Source of the DNA: Dehalococcoidia bacterium
Lineage (GTDB): Bacteria > Chloroflexota > Dehalococcoidia > CAUJGQ01
NCBI GenBank assembly: GCA_035310145.1
Contig: DATGEL010000003.1
Span: 4,779-68,778 of the forward strand
Length of the DNA: 64,000 nt
Reading direction: 5' to 3'
The first letter of the stretch is position 1. Each line of letters opens with the position of its first letter. This document shows positions 11,589 to 21,690 of this stretch, piece by piece. Below the pieces are notes generated by a model, which was not told where the DNA came from, did not search any database, and saw only the letters and a list, made by a program, of their open reading frames with translations. Made by a program: the position numbers and the translations under genes.

Positions 11589-12260
11589 TCAGCCGTCTTT
11601 GAAACGGTAGCCCACGTTGCGCACCGTGTCGATGAAGATGTCGCCCTGGCGCAGCTCGATCTTGCTGCGCAGGCGGCGGATGTGCACATCCACGGTGCGG
11701 GCGCCGCCGAAGTAGTCGTAACCCCAGACGCGGTTGAGCAACTGCTCGCGGGTGAAGACCTTGGCCGGATTGCTCATCAGGAAGCGCAGCAGCTCGTACT
11801 CTTTGTAGGTCAGCTCCACGGGCTGGCCGGCCACCGTGACCTTGTAGTTGGCGAGGTCGATCATCAGGTCACCGCAGCGCAGCACGTTCTGCGCGTCCAC
11901 ATTCGTCCTCCGGCGCAGCGCCAGCCGCACGCGCGCCACCAGCTCACCGGGCCGTGTCGGCTTAAGCAGCACGTCGTCCGGCGGTGGTCCGCCGTCGAGA
12001 CCCGCCAGCGATTCGTCGGCCAGCATCACCAGCACGGCGGCGTGCTCCGCGATCGCCTGGTCATCTTGCAGCCGGCGCAGCAACTCCGTGCCCGCCGCCT
12101 CCAGATCGACGAGCAGGAGATCGGGCGGCGCCTGCTGGATGCGCTCGAACGCGGATTCGGAAACCGCCAGCGCGGCGGCGCGAAAGTCGTGTTGCTCCAG
12201 CACGCCGGCGAGAAAGCGCCCCTCGCCGTCGTCGTTGCCGAGCAGCACGATGTGGTACAT
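11589..12260 (-). CDS. OmpR/PhoB-family response regulator (receiver domain plus winged-helix domain), orphan (no adjacent kinase).
   Basis: Receiver domain with LLVDL phospho-Asp region, and a C-terminal YKEYELLRFL...VDVHIRRLRSK...VGYRF winged helix. GGGAGGAG RBS before ATG 12260. Confidence 0.8.
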   Translation of the reverse strand: MYHIVLLGNDDGEGRFLAGVLEQHDFRAAALAVSESAFERIQQAPPDLLLVDLEAAGTELLRRLQDDQAIAEHAAVLVMLADESLAGLDGGPPPDDVLLKPTRPGELVARVRLALRRRTNVDAQNVLRCGDLMIDLANYKVTVAGQPVELTYKEYELLRFLMSNPAKVFTREQLLNRVWGYDYFGGARTVDVHIRRLRSKIELRQGDIFIDTVRNVGYRFKDG

Positions 12261-12402
12261 GGCTCCTCCCGACTGGTCGATGGCTCGCTGGACAGGCAAG
12301 TGTAGCAGACGGATCGTACAGGGAGGTTTCAGGCGCGTTTCCTGCCGTTGCGGCCCCGCGCCGCGGCTGGCATGATCGCGGCAACCCGCGAAGGAGCCGC
12401 AG

Positions 12403-13212
12403 ATGACCAGCGCCGCGAAAGCCTACAGCGACATTCTCTACGAAAAGCACGACGACGGCGTGCTCGTCCTGACGCTTAACCGGCCCGAACGCATGAACGC
12501 GCTCGGCGGCGAGCTTGCGTCCGAGTTGATGGACGCCTTCGCCCGCGCCCGCCTCGATGACGACGTGCGCGCCGTGGTGCTTACCGGCGCCGGTCGCGGC
12601 TTCTGCGCGGGCGCCGATCTCTCGCGCGGCACGCCGAAGAGCGGGGACACCGCCCGCCACGCACGCTTGGACCGCATGGGCCGCGCTGGCCCGTTCATGC
12701 TCGCGCTGCGCGACATTGACAAGCCGACGATCGGCGCGATCAACGGCGTGGCCGCCGGCGCCGGCATCGGCATCGCCACCTCGCTCGACATCCGCATCGC
12801 CTCCAGCGAAGCCCGCTTCACCACGGTCTTCATCAAGCGCGGCCTGGGGCCGGACTTCGGCTCGTCCTACTTCATTCCGAGGCTGGTCGGCAGCGCGCGG
12901 GCCTACGAGCTGTTCTTCACCGGCCGCTTCGTCACGGCGGAGGAGGCGCTGCAGATCGGCCTCGTCAATCGCGTGGTCGAGCCATCGAGGCTGATGGACG
13001 AGGCGCTGGCGCTGGCGCGCGAGCTGGCCGCCGGCCCGCCCATGGCGATGACCTTCACGCGGCGCGCCCTGCAGCGCAGCCTGCAAAGTACGCTGGAACA
13101 GCAGCTTGAGTTCGAGTGGACCAACCAGATCGTGGCGCTCGACTCCGAGGACGCGCGCGAGGGCGTGCAGGCCTGGGCGGAGAAGCGCACGCCGCACTTC
13201 GAAGGGCGCTGA
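12403..13212 (+). CDS. Enoyl-CoA hydratase/isomerase (crotonase) family protein.
   Basis: VLTGAGRGFCAGADL oxyanion-hole motif, with an AAGGAG RBS. Confidence 0.85.
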   Translation: MTSAAKAYSDILYEKHDDGVLVLTLNRPERMNALGGELASELMDAFARARLDDDVRAVVLTGAGRGFCAGADLSRGTPKSGDTARHARLDRMGRAGPFMLALRDIDKPTIGAINGVAAGAGIGIATSLDIRIASSEARFTTVFIKRGLGPDFGSSYFIPRLVGSARAYELFFTGRFVTAEEALQIGLVNRVVEPSRLMDEALALARELAAGPPMAMTFTRRALQRSLQSTLEQQLEFEWTNQIVALDSEDAREGVQAWAEKRTPHFEGR

Positions 13213-13247
13213 GCCCCCGACGACTCCATGCGACACGGAGGCCCGCC

Positions 13248-15926
13248 ATGCCCTACGACGCGATCGTGGTCGGCGCCGGCTCGGCCGGCTCGGTGATCGC
13301 CGCCCGGCTCAGCGAAGATCCGCGGCGCTCCGTGCTGCTGCTGGAGGCCGGGCCGGACTACGCCGATCTCGCCAGCACACCGCCGGACCTGCTCAACGGC
13401 CTCTGGAACTCGACCCGGCCGCACGACTGGCGCTTCCGCGCCCATCATTCCCAGACGGGCCGCCCGCACCTGATGCCGCGCGGCCGCGTCACCGGCGGCT
13501 CCTCGGCGGTGAACACGACGATCGCCCTGCGCGGCGTGCCGGAGGACTACGACGCGTGGGCGGCGCTCGGCAACGGCGAGTGGTCCTGGGAGAGCGTCCT
13601 GCCGTTCTTCCGCGCCATGGAGCACGACGTCGACTTCGCCGACGACTTTCACGGCCAGTCCGGCCCGATCCCGGTGCGGCGTTACTCCTATACGCGCAAT
13701 GAGCTGGTCAACTGGCAGCGCGCCTTCGTGGACGCCTGCCGGCACCTCGGCCTGTCCAGCGCCGCCGACAACAACGACCCCAACGCCACTGGCTGTGGCC
13801 CGCACCCGATGAACCGCGAGGGCAGCCTGCGCATCTCGACCGCGATCGCCTACCTGGCGCCGGCGCGCGGCCGGCCGAACCTGACCGTGCGCGGCGACAC
13901 GCACGTGCGCCGCGTGCTGCTGGATGGCTCGCGGGCGGTGGGCGTCGAGATCGAGACCGATGGGGCGCCGGAATCGATCTTCGCGGACCTGATCGTGCTC
14001 TGCGCCGGCGCACTGCAAAGCCCGGCGATCCTGATCCGCTCCGGCATCGGCGGGCGCGAGGCACTTGGCCGGCTCGGGCTGCCTGTCGCCGTGGAGCTGG
14101 CGGGCGTCTGCGAACACCTCTGCGACCACCCGGTGGCCGGCGTGATCTACGAACCACGGCCGGGGGTCTGCCGCACGGACGTGCCCTCGGTGCAGGTGAC
14201 GTACCGCTATACGGCGGCAGGCAGCGATCAGCGCAACGACATGCAGGTGATGCCGGTTTCCTTCTACCAGACCGCAGACGGGCCGGTGTATTCGATCGGC
14301 GTCGTCGTGGAGCAGGTGCGCGGCCACGGCCGGCTCGTGGTCGAGTCGCTGAACCCGCGTCTGCAGCCGCGCATCGAGTCGCACTTTCTGGAAGACGAGG
14401 AAGACCTGCGGCGCATGGTTGACGGCATGCGCCTGGCGCTGCGCCTGGGCGAGACGGAGCCGCTGCGCGCGCTGCATACCGGCATCCGCCGGCCGCGCGC
14501 GCAGCACCTGGAAAGCGATGCGTCGTTGGCGGCCTGGGTGCGGCGGGTGGCCGACTCCGGCTTTCATCCCTGCGGCACGGCGAAGATGGGGCCGGCGAGC
14601 GACCCCATGGCCGTAGTCGATCAGCACGGCCGCGTATACGGCGTGCGGGGGCTGCTGGTGGCCGACGCCTCGATCATGCCGACGGTGCCGCGCGCCAACA
14701 CCAACTTCACCTCGATCATGATCGGCGAGCGCATCGGCGCCTGGCTGCGCGACGGCATGGCGGGCACCGACGTCGCCGCTGCTCCGGCGCACGCCATTGC
14801 GTCCAAAGACCTGCAGGCCGTCGCACCGAACGGCCGGCCTATGCCGGAACACCCGGTCGCGCCGCGCCCCACACGCAGCCCGTTCGCCGTTGCCAGGGAT
14901 CGCGGCGCAGATTATCTCGAATCCCGCCAGCGCGAGGACGGCCTCTTGGGCGACGAATCCGGCGGCCTGGGCGGCTTCTACAAGGCGACCTACGCCCTGG
15001 CAGCGGCCGGTCGCACGCGGGCCGCCGGGCGGATGGCCGGCTGGCTGCGCAGGAACGCAGCCACGCCGGAGGGCGACTTCGTCGGCGACTGGGAACGCGG
15101 CGGTCTTGCCGATCTGTATCCGTACGGCAACGCCTGGATCGCGGCCGGGCTGATTCGCGCCGGCGCCATCGGCCTCGGCGGCCGTGGGCTGGACTTCCTC
15201 GCGACGATGCAAGACCCGGAGTCGGGCGGCCTGCGCACACGCATCGACCGCAACGGCCCGGAGGTGCGGCAGGAGGTGATGTCCAGCGCAATGGCAGGCG
15301 TCGCGGCGCTGATCGGCGGGCGGCTGGAGATGGCGGACGGTGTCGCCCGCTTCCTGCGCACCGTGCTGGCGGCGCAGCCGCGGCCGGCGGAGATGCTTTG
15401 CCACGTCTATACCCCCGCGCAAGGCGTGATCACCGAGTTTCCGGAGGAGAAGGCGCGCGAGTTCGCCGTGATCGCAAACCGGCCGCTGCAGGCGTACTTC
15501 ATGTACGGCATCGGCGCCGCCTTCATGACCGGCTACGCACAGGCTCGCGGCGACGGCCGCGCCCTCGACGACGCGGCCGCCTTCCTGCTGCCCGCCCTCA
15601 ACGCGACGGACGCGATGTACGAGACGGCGCAGGTGGGCAAGGTCGCCTGGGGCGCGGCGCTGCTGGCCGGCGCGACGGGAGACAGGACGCACCGCGATCT
15701 CGCCCTCCGCGCCGCCGGGGCGCTGCTGGCGCAGCAGAACCCGGACGGCAGCTGGGACAACACCGGCGGCTACACGACGGAAGGCTCTCGCGACGAGGTC
15801 ACGGCCGAGTTCGTGGCGATCATGGACTGGGTCGAGCAGGGGCTGGCCGGCGCCTCGCTCGACGGATTCAGGCCCCCGACACCGGCCGCGCTGCTGGCGG
15901 GCGCGCCGGCGAGCGGGCGGCGATGA
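13248..15926 (+). CDS. Fusion protein (892 aa): an N-terminal GMC-family FAD oxidoreductase of about 560 aa, joined to a C-terminal prenyltransferase/squalene-oxidase-repeat alpha/alpha-toroid domain of about 330 aa.
   Basis: MPYDAIVVGAGSAGSV Rossmann motif and the GMC C-terminal signature ADASIMPTVPRANTNFTSIMIGERIG. Then three Qx(D/E)GS(W)-type repeats (YLESRQREDGLLGDESGG, FLATMQDPESGGLRT, LLAQQNPDGSWDNTGG). GGAGG RBS. The reading frame is continuous. Confidence 0.75.
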   Translation: MPYDAIVVGAGSAGSVIAARLSEDPRRSVLLLEAGPDYADLASTPPDLLNGLWNSTRPHDWRFRAHHSQTGRPHLMPRGRVTGGSSAVNTTIALRGVPEDYDAWAALGNGEWSWESVLPFFRAMEHDVDFADDFHGQSGPIPVRRYSYTRNELVNWQRAFVDACRHLGLSSAADNNDPNATGCGPHPMNREGSLRISTAIAYLAPARGRPNLTVRGDTHVRRVLLDGSRAVGVEIETDGAPESIFADLIVLCAGALQSPAILIRSGIGGREALGRLGLPVAVELAGVCEHLCDHPVAGVIYEPRPGVCRTDVPSVQVTYRYTAAGSDQRNDMQVMPVSFYQTADGPVYSIGVVVEQVRGHGRLVVESLNPRLQPRIESHFLEDEEDLRRMVDGMRLALRLGETEPLRALHTGIRRPRAQHLESDASLAAWVRRVADSGFHPCGTAKMGPASDPMAVVDQHGRVYGVRGLLVADASIMPTVPRANTNFTSIMIGERIGAWLRDGMAGTDVAAAPAHAIASKDLQAVAPNGRPMPEHPVAPRPTRSPFAVARDRGADYLESRQREDGLLGDESGGLGGFYKATYALAAAGRTRAAGRMAGWLRRNAATPEGDFVGDWERGGLADLYPYGNAWIAAGLIRAGAIGLGGRGLDFLATMQDPESGGLRTRIDRNGPEVRQEVMSSAMAGVAALIGGRLEMADGVARFLRTVLAAQPRPAEMLCHVYTPAQGVITEFPEEKAREFAVIANRPLQAYFMYGIGAAFMTGYAQARGDGRALDDAAAFLLPALNATDAMYETAQVGKVAWGAALLAGATGDRTHRDLALRAAGALLAQQNPDGSWDNTGGYTTEGSRDEVTAEFVAIMDWVEQGLAGASLDGFRPPTPAALLAGAPASGRR

Positions 15927-16975
15927 GCGTGCGCATCGTCATTCCCGACGACTTCCCTCCGGCCTACGCCGGCCGGCCGGAGCTGGAGGAGCTGCGCAAG
16001 CTCGGCGAGGTCACGCTCTACGGCGACCGCGCCGACACGCGCGAGGAGCTCGTGCAACGGCTGGCCGGCGCGGACGCAGCGATCAACGTGCGCGCCTACA
16101 CGCGCTTCGACGAGGAGCTGTTTGCAGCGCTGCCGCGGCTCAAGCACGTCGCCATCTTCGGCGTCGGCACCGACAACTTCGACCTCGACGCGGCCACGCG
16201 GCACGGCGTAATCGTCAGCAACTGCCCCGGAGAAAACGCGCGCTCGGTGGCCGAGCTGGCGATCGCGCTGATGCTCGCCGTGGCGCGCACGATCCCGGCC
16301 TACGACCGCGACGTGCGCGCCGGACTCTGGAAGCACTACCATGGCATAGAGCTGGAGGGCAAGACACTCGGCGTGCTTGGCCTGGGCAGTATCGGACGGC
16401 ACGTGGCGCGCATGGGCGCAGGGCTGGGGATGAAGGTCGTGGCCTGGAGCCCGACACGTGACGAAGCCCGCGCGGCTGCCCTCAGCCTCACACAGCTTGA
16501 GCTCGGCGGCGTCCTGCGTCAGGCCGACGTGCTGCAAGTCTGTGTCGCCCTCTCCGAGCGCACGCGCGGGCTGATCGGCGAGCGGCAGTTCGCACTGATG
16601 AAGCCGGGCGCGATCCTGGTCAACACCGCCCGCGCCCCGATCGTGGACGAGCCGGCGTTGATCGCCGCGCTGCAGTCGGGCCGGCTGCGCGGCGCGGGCC
16701 TCGACGTCTTCGCGTCGGAGCCGCTGGCGCCGGACAGCCCGCTGCGAGCGCTGGAGAACGTCGTGCTCACGCCGCACGCCGGCTGGGTCACGACCGAGGC
16801 CAGCGCCCGCCTGCTGATCGCGCCGGTGCGCAACCTCGCCAACTGGCTTGCCGGCCAGCCGACGAACGTGGTGAACCCTGCGGCGCTCGCCCGCACAACT
16901 GACCCCGCTCCCTCTCCCAATGCTGGAGGGAGGGAGCGGGGCAATCCACTGGATGAAGGTCCGGGGACTCGCTGA
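15923..16975 (+). CDS. D-isomer-specific 2-hydroxyacid dehydrogenase, NAD-binding.
   Basis: GKTLGVLGLGSIGRHVA Rossmann motif and catalytic region ...LTPHAG.... Its ATG overlaps the upstream stop (ATGA), suggesting translational coupling. The C-terminal 25 aa are encoded through a hairpin-repeat element. Confidence 0.8.
   Translation: MSVRIVIPDDFPPAYAGRPELEELRKLGEVTLYGDRADTREELVQRLAGADAAINVRAYTRFDEELFAALPRLKHVAIFGVGTDNFDLDAATRHGVIVSNCPGENARSVAELAIALMLAVARTIPAYDRDVRAGLWKHYHGIELEGKTLGVLGLGSIGRHVARMGAGLGMKVVAWSPTRDEARAAALSLTQLELGGVLRQADVLQVCVALSERTRGLIGERQFALMKPGAILVNTARAPIVDEPALIAALQSGRLRGAGLDVFASEPLAPDSPLRALENVVLTPHAGWVTTEASARLLIAPVRNLANWLAGQPTNVVNPAALARTTDPAPSPNAGGRERGNPLDEGPGTR
16903..16941. 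repeat. GC-rich palindromic hairpin repeat (family member), located inside the 3' end of the 2-hydroxyacid dehydrogenase ORF.
   Basis: ccccgctccctctccc / aatgc / tggagggagggagcgggg. Confidence 0.5.
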
Positions 16976-17070
16976 GTTGGCCCTGCTCGGCGCGAATCCG
17001 ATCATGCCGCGAGCCATTGCAACTGATCAGAGATTCGCGCCTTCAGCCTTGATCGCCCGAAGATCGCTCT

Positions 17071-17098
17071 CCCCTTCCCCCAGAATTGGGGGAAGGGG
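17071..17098. repeat. GC-rich palindromic hairpin repeat (family member).
   Basis: ccccttccccc / agaatt / gggggaagggg, a perfect 11-bp stem, preceded by gatcgc (present twice). Confidence 0.55.
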
Positions 17099-17215
17099 CA
17101 GGGGGATGAGGGCCGGCCCCGAAGCTGCGCAAACCTGCGCGCGTCTCTGGCACCGCCGGATGCTAAGCTCAAAGCAGATTGTGGCTTCTGTCACAGGCTT
17201 CGCGGAGGGCGGGAG

Positions 17216-18208
17216 ATGCGCTACCGGCCGATCGGCGGCACCGGCTTGATGGCCTCGGAGTTCGGCTTCGGCGCCTGGACCATCGGCAGCGACTGGTGGG
17301 GGCACATCGACGACGATCAGGCGCGGCGCATGTTGAACCACGCCTTCGATCTCGGCGTCAACTTCTACGACACTGCGGACCAGTACGGCGAAGGCCGCAG
17401 CGAGCGCCTGATCGGCGAGACGTTCGCCGGCCGGCGCGACAAAGTCCTGATCGCCGGCAAGTTCGGTTACGACTTTTACGCCGGCCACCGGCGTGAGGGT
17501 CACAACGAGCTGCCGCAGAACTTCGCGCCGGAATTCGTGCGCTTCGCCCTCGAACGCTCGCTGCGCCGGCTGCAGACCGACTATCTCGACATCTGGCATA
17601 TCCACAACGCGCGCATGGAGTCGCTGCGCGACGACCGTCTCTGGCAGACGCTCGCCGACCTGCGGCGCGAGGGCAAGGTCCGCCACCTGGCGGTGGCGCT
17701 CGGCCCGGCAATCGGCTGGCTCGACGAGGGGTTGGCCGCGCTGCGCGAGCGGCCGATCGCGGCGATGCAGATCATCTACAACCTGCTGGAGCAGGAGCCG
17801 GGGCGCTCGTTTGTGCCCGACGCGGTGAAGCGCAACATCGGCCTGCTGGTGCGCGTGCCGCATTCCTCCGGCCTGCTCGAAGGCAAGTTCACGCTGGAGA
17901 CGACATTCGGCCCGAACGACCACCGTAGCCACCGTAAGCGCGAGTGGCTCGTGGACGGCCTGACGAAGCTGGAGCAACTGCGCTTTCTCACCGACGACGG
18001 CTCGCGCACGATCGGCCAGGCGGCGCTGCAGTGGCTCTACGCGCAGCCGCAGGTCTTCTCCGTGCTGCCGAACCTCTACGGCATGGAGCAGATCGAGGAG
18101 TTCGCCGCCGCCTCCGACGCGCCGCCGCTGAGCGAAGAGCAGGTCAACCGCGTGAACAAGCTGTTCGCGACGAACTACGGCCTGGCGACGGCAAGCGCCA
18201 GCGCGTAG
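17216..18208 (+). CDS. Aldo/keto reductase family oxidoreductase.
   Basis: GFGAWTIG...FYDTADQYG...SERLIGE...DYLDIWHIH motifs. Confidence 0.85.
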   Translation: MRYRPIGGTGLMASEFGFGAWTIGSDWWGHIDDDQARRMLNHAFDLGVNFYDTADQYGEGRSERLIGETFAGRRDKVLIAGKFGYDFYAGHRREGHNELPQNFAPEFVRFALERSLRRLQTDYLDIWHIHNARMESLRDDRLWQTLADLRREGKVRHLAVALGPAIGWLDEGLAALRERPIAAMQIIYNLLEQEPGRSFVPDAVKRNIGLLVRVPHSSGLLEGKFTLETTFGPNDHRSHRKREWLVDGLTKLEQLRFLTDDGSRTIGQAALQWLYAQPQVFSVLPNLYGMEQIEEFAAASDAPPLSEEQVNRVNKLFATNYGLATASASA

Positions 18209-18268
18209 CGGCCTCGCCGCTCGTTCCTCGTTCCTATTTCCTTGGCTCTATTTTCTCAGGAGTGCGCC

Positions 18269-19081
18269 ATGGCCGAGCAGCACACCAGTGGCAACGGGCA
18301 GCATCGCTACGGCACGGGCCGCGTGCCGCTGCCGCAGACCAGCCACGAAGGCATGGACGAGATCAAGAAGGGCCAGTTCGTCCAGTACGCCTTCTACACG
18401 ATCGATTCCGCCTGGCGGCGGCTTCCGGCCGAAGAGCGGGCGCGGCAGAAGTCCGAGTTTGCCGATACCGTGGCGGCGCACGCGGGCGAGGTGCAGACAC
18501 GGGTCTATAGCCTCGTGGGGCTGCGTCCCGACGCCGACCTGCTGCTCTGGAACGTCGCCGGCACGCTCGATGCCTTCAGCCGGCTCGGCGCGGCGCTGCT
18601 GGGCACCGGCATGGGCGCCTATCTGCGCACGCCGTATGCGTATCTCGCCGTCACCAAGCGATCGATCTACGTCACGCGGCACGCGCACAGCGGCCAGGAC
18701 GGCCAGCGGCTGGAGATGCGGCCCTCCGGCGCAAAATATTTGTTCGTCTATCCCTTCGTGAAGACGCGCGCCTGGTACAAGCTCACCCAGTCGGCGCGGC
18801 AGGGGATGATGGACGAGCACATCACGATCGGCCACAAGTATCCGAGCGTGAAGCTGAACACCACGTACTCGTTTGGCCTCGACGACCAGGAGTTCGTTGT
18901 CGCCTTCGAGACCGACGAGCCGCGCGATTTCGTCGATCTCGTGCAGGAGCTGCGCGAAACCGAGGTCAGCCTCTACACACTGCGCGATACGCCGATCTTC
19001 TCCTGCGTGGCGATGACCCTGCCGGAGGCGCTCGACGCGCTGGATGGCGCCCGCGCGGCCGCGCCGCATCCCGTCGCCTGA
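18269..19081 (+). CDS. Chlorite dismutase family protein (HemQ/ChdC coproheme decarboxylase-like).
   Basis: YAFYTIDSAWRRL...ITIGHKYPSVKLNTTYSFGLDDQEFVVAFETDEPRDFVDLVQELRETE. AGGAG RBS before ATG 18269. Confidence 0.75.
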   Translation: MAEQHTSGNGQHRYGTGRVPLPQTSHEGMDEIKKGQFVQYAFYTIDSAWRRLPAEERARQKSEFADTVAAHAGEVQTRVYSLVGLRPDADLLLWNVAGTLDAFSRLGAALLGTGMGAYLRTPYAYLAVTKRSIYVTRHAHSGQDGQRLEMRPSGAKYLFVYPFVKTRAWYKLTQSARQGMMDEHITIGHKYPSVKLNTTYSFGLDDQEFVVAFETDEPRDFVDLVQELRETEVSLYTLRDTPIFSCVAMTLPEALDALDGARAAAPHPVA

Positions 19082-19099
19082 GCGCGGAGCAGTGAGGCG

Positions 19100-20185
19100 C
19101 TACGCCGCACTCACACCGCTCACCCCCACGCCCAGGAAGCGGCCGTACCGATCGGCCGCCGCGGCGATCGCCTGCGCCTGAGAGGCAGGGCCGGCAGCGA
19201 ACAAGTCGTAGGTGAGGCTTGCCGCATGCCGTGTCAGCGTCCGCTTCCAGGTACCCGCGACGCGGCCGTCGATCACCACTGTCGGAAAAAAGATGCCATT
19301 GCCGCCGGGGACGATGCGCGGCGCGTGCGCGGGAGCCAGCACGGCGCCCCGATCGGCGTAGCCGAGCAGATACTCGTCGAATCCGGGTAACAGATACGTG
19401 CTCGGCTCAGTCGTGCCGGCGATCGGCGCGCTGTCGGCGAACCAGCAGGCTTGGCCATCCACGTCATCGCCGGTCAGACCCGGCTTAACGAGATCGAGCC
19501 CCGCCCGCGCCTCGCCGGCAGAGAGGCCGGACCACCAGGTGAAATCGCGCAGCGTGGCCGGGCCGTGGCTGGTGAAATAGCGCCGTGCCAGCTCGCCGAT
19601 CGCCTGTTCGCGATCGAATGCGGTCGTCGCCGGCAGCCACTCGTCGAGCAGGACAAATGTTTGCTGCGTCCCGGCCGACGGACCGAAGCAGATCACGCCG
19701 TCATTGGCGAGCCGCCAGAGGATGTGATAGCCGCGCTGCCCGGCGGTGGAGACGCCGGCCCGCTCAAGCGATTGCAACAGTGTCGCGCGCGTCAGTGGTC
19801 CGCCGCCTGCCAGCGCGGCTTCCACTGCTGCTCGACTGAGGGCGAAGACGGCCTCATCGAGCTCGAGTTGCCGCTGGCGCCGCGCGCTGCGCGCGATGTT
19901 GCGCGGCGCCAGCAGCGCCAGCAGCCAGCGCATATCGGCCGCCGCAACGAAGTGCAGCGTGCCGCGCAGCGCCCAGGTGCGCACGACCTGGCGATCGCCG
20001 ACCGCCTGCTCAACCTGCGCAATCGTGGCCGCGGGCAGCCGCAGCCCGATGGACCAGAGGGCGCCGGCGTAGTCCTGCGCCTGCATCGCCCCCAGCCAGG
20101 AGACGATCTGCCCCGGCTCCGGGCACTCGTGCCGTGCGATCTGCTGGTTGTGCAGGCGCAGTCGAGCGACGGTGGCGGCATCCAT
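19100..20185 (-). CDS. Winged-helix DNA-binding domain protein of the YcaQ/AlkZ-like (DUF1006) family.
   Basis: Start MDAATVARLRLHNQQIA... with overall family-like organisation. The Arg-rich N-terminal ORF extension was rejected. Confidence 0.55.
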   Translation of the reverse strand: MDAATVARLRLHNQQIARHECPEPGQIVSWLGAMQAQDYAGALWSIGLRLPAATIAQVEQAVGDRQVVRTWALRGTLHFVAAADMRWLLALLAPRNIARSARRQRQLELDEAVFALSRAAVEAALAGGGPLTRATLLQSLERAGVSTAGQRGYHILWRLANDGVICFGPSAGTQQTFVLLDEWLPATTAFDREQAIGELARRYFTSHGPATLRDFTWWSGLSAGEARAGLDLVKPGLTGDDVDGQACWFADSAPIAGTTEPSTYLLPGFDEYLLGYADRGAVLAPAHAPRIVPGGNGIFFPTVVIDGRVAGTWKRTLTRHAASLTYDLFAAGPASQAQAIAAAADRYGRFLGVGVSGVSAA

Positions 20186-20318
20186 TGCCTTCAGTGTAGC
20201 GGACGCCGAGCACCCGCCGCCGCGTGTGTACCTTCGTTGAGCCTGCGCCGCGGCCGCACCTATACTTGACCGGAACGATGGCGTGGGCCGCCGCCTGCCG
20301 CGCGGCCGGGGGTGCGTA

Positions 20319-21680
20319 ATGGTCACGATTCTCGAACGATATGAGCAGACCCATGCCGGATCGGCGGCGATGCACGCCGAGGCGGCGAAGGTGTTTCCCT
20401 CCGGCGTCACGCACGACATCCGCCACTTCACACCGTTCCCGATCTGCGTCCAGCGGGCGCGCGGCAGCCGCAAGTGGGACGTGGACGGCAACGAGATCAT
20501 CGACTACGTGATGGGCCACGGCGCTCTGCTGCTCGGTCACCTGCACCCGGCGGTCGAGGCGGCCGTTGAGCAGCAGATCCATCTCGGCACGCACCTGGGC
20601 GCCTCGCACCCGTACGAGCTGGCCTGGGGCCGGCTTGTGCAGCAGCTCGTACCCTCGGCCGAAAAGGTGCGCTTCACCAGCTCGGGCACCGAGGCGACGC
20701 AGATGGCCGTGCGCCTCGCCCGTTTCCGCACCGGCCGTAGCCGCGTGATCCGCTTCGCCGGGCACTTCCACGGCTGGAGCGACACGCTGATCGAAGCGCG
20801 GGGCGGCAGCGCCGAGGATCCGAGCGCGCCCGGCATTCCGGGCGTGGCGCTGCGCCAGCAGCTCTCGCTGCCGCAGAACGACATCGATGCCCTCGCCAAT
20901 GCGCTGGCCGAGCACGGTTCCGACGTGGCCGCGGTGATTCTTGAACCGACGGGCGCTGCCTGGGGCGACAACCCGATCGACCTCTCGTTCGTGCAGGCCG
21001 TGCGCGAGCTGACGGCGAAGGCCGGGGTGATCTTGATCTTCGACGAAGTGATCACCGGCTTCCGCGCCTCGAAGGGCGGGGCGCAGGCGCGCTACGGCAT
21101 CCTGCCCGACCTGACGACGATGGCCAAGATCGTCGCCGGCGGCCTGCCCGGCGGCTGCGTGGCCGGCCGCGCCGACCTGCTCGACCAGATCGCCTTCACC
21201 GACGACCCGGAGCACGACAGCAAAGGCCGCATCTCGCATCCGGGCACATTCAACGCCAATCCGCTCTCTGCCGTGGCCGCCGCCGCCTGCCTGAGCGAAG
21301 TGGCGAAGGGCGAGCCGAACAAGGCGGCCGACGCGGCGGCGCTGCGCCTCGCCAGCGGCATGAACGAGATCGTGGCCAAGCGCGGCGTGCAAGGCTGCGT
21401 CTACGGCTACGCTTCGATGCTGCACATCCTGCTCGGCCAGCCGGCGCGCCTGCCCGACGATGGCATCACCTACGTCTGGCAGTCGCAGGACCATCGCCGC
21501 GCCCCGCACACCGCGCACGAGATCGAGTTCGCCCTGCGCCGCGCCATGCTCAATGAGGGCGTGGACCTGATGCACGCCGGGATGATGGTCTCCGCGGTGC
21601 ACGATGATCGCGACGTGGACGCCACGATCGAGGCCTTCGACCGCTCGCTGGCGGCGTTGCAGGCCGAGGGCGTGGTCTGA
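20319..21680 (+). CDS. Class III (fold type I) PLP-dependent aminotransferase, glutamate-1-semialdehyde aminomutase-like.
   Basis: IDYVMGHGALLLGH, DEVITGFR, and the PLP lysine region TMAKIVAGGLP. Confidence 0.8.
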   Translation: MVTILERYEQTHAGSAAMHAEAAKVFPSGVTHDIRHFTPFPICVQRARGSRKWDVDGNEIIDYVMGHGALLLGHLHPAVEAAVEQQIHLGTHLGASHPYELAWGRLVQQLVPSAEKVRFTSSGTEATQMAVRLARFRTGRSRVIRFAGHFHGWSDTLIEARGGSAEDPSAPGIPGVALRQQLSLPQNDIDALANALAEHGSDVAAVILEPTGAAWGDNPIDLSFVQAVRELTAKAGVILIFDEVITGFRASKGGAQARYGILPDLTTMAKIVAGGLPGGCVAGRADLLDQIAFTDDPEHDSKGRISHPGTFNANPLSAVAAAACLSEVAKGEPNKAADAAALRLASGMNEIVAKRGVQGCVYGYASMLHILLGQPARLPDDGITYVWQSQDHRRAPHTAHEIEFALRRAMLNEGVDLMHAGMMVSAVHDDRDVDATIEAFDRSLAALQAEGVV

Positions 21681-21690
21681 GCCGCCGCCC

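Noticed and set aside
12903-15692. 929-aa minus-strand ORF.
   Set aside because: Antisense to the GMC-toroid fusion and the crotonase. It is His/Arg/Ala-rich junk.
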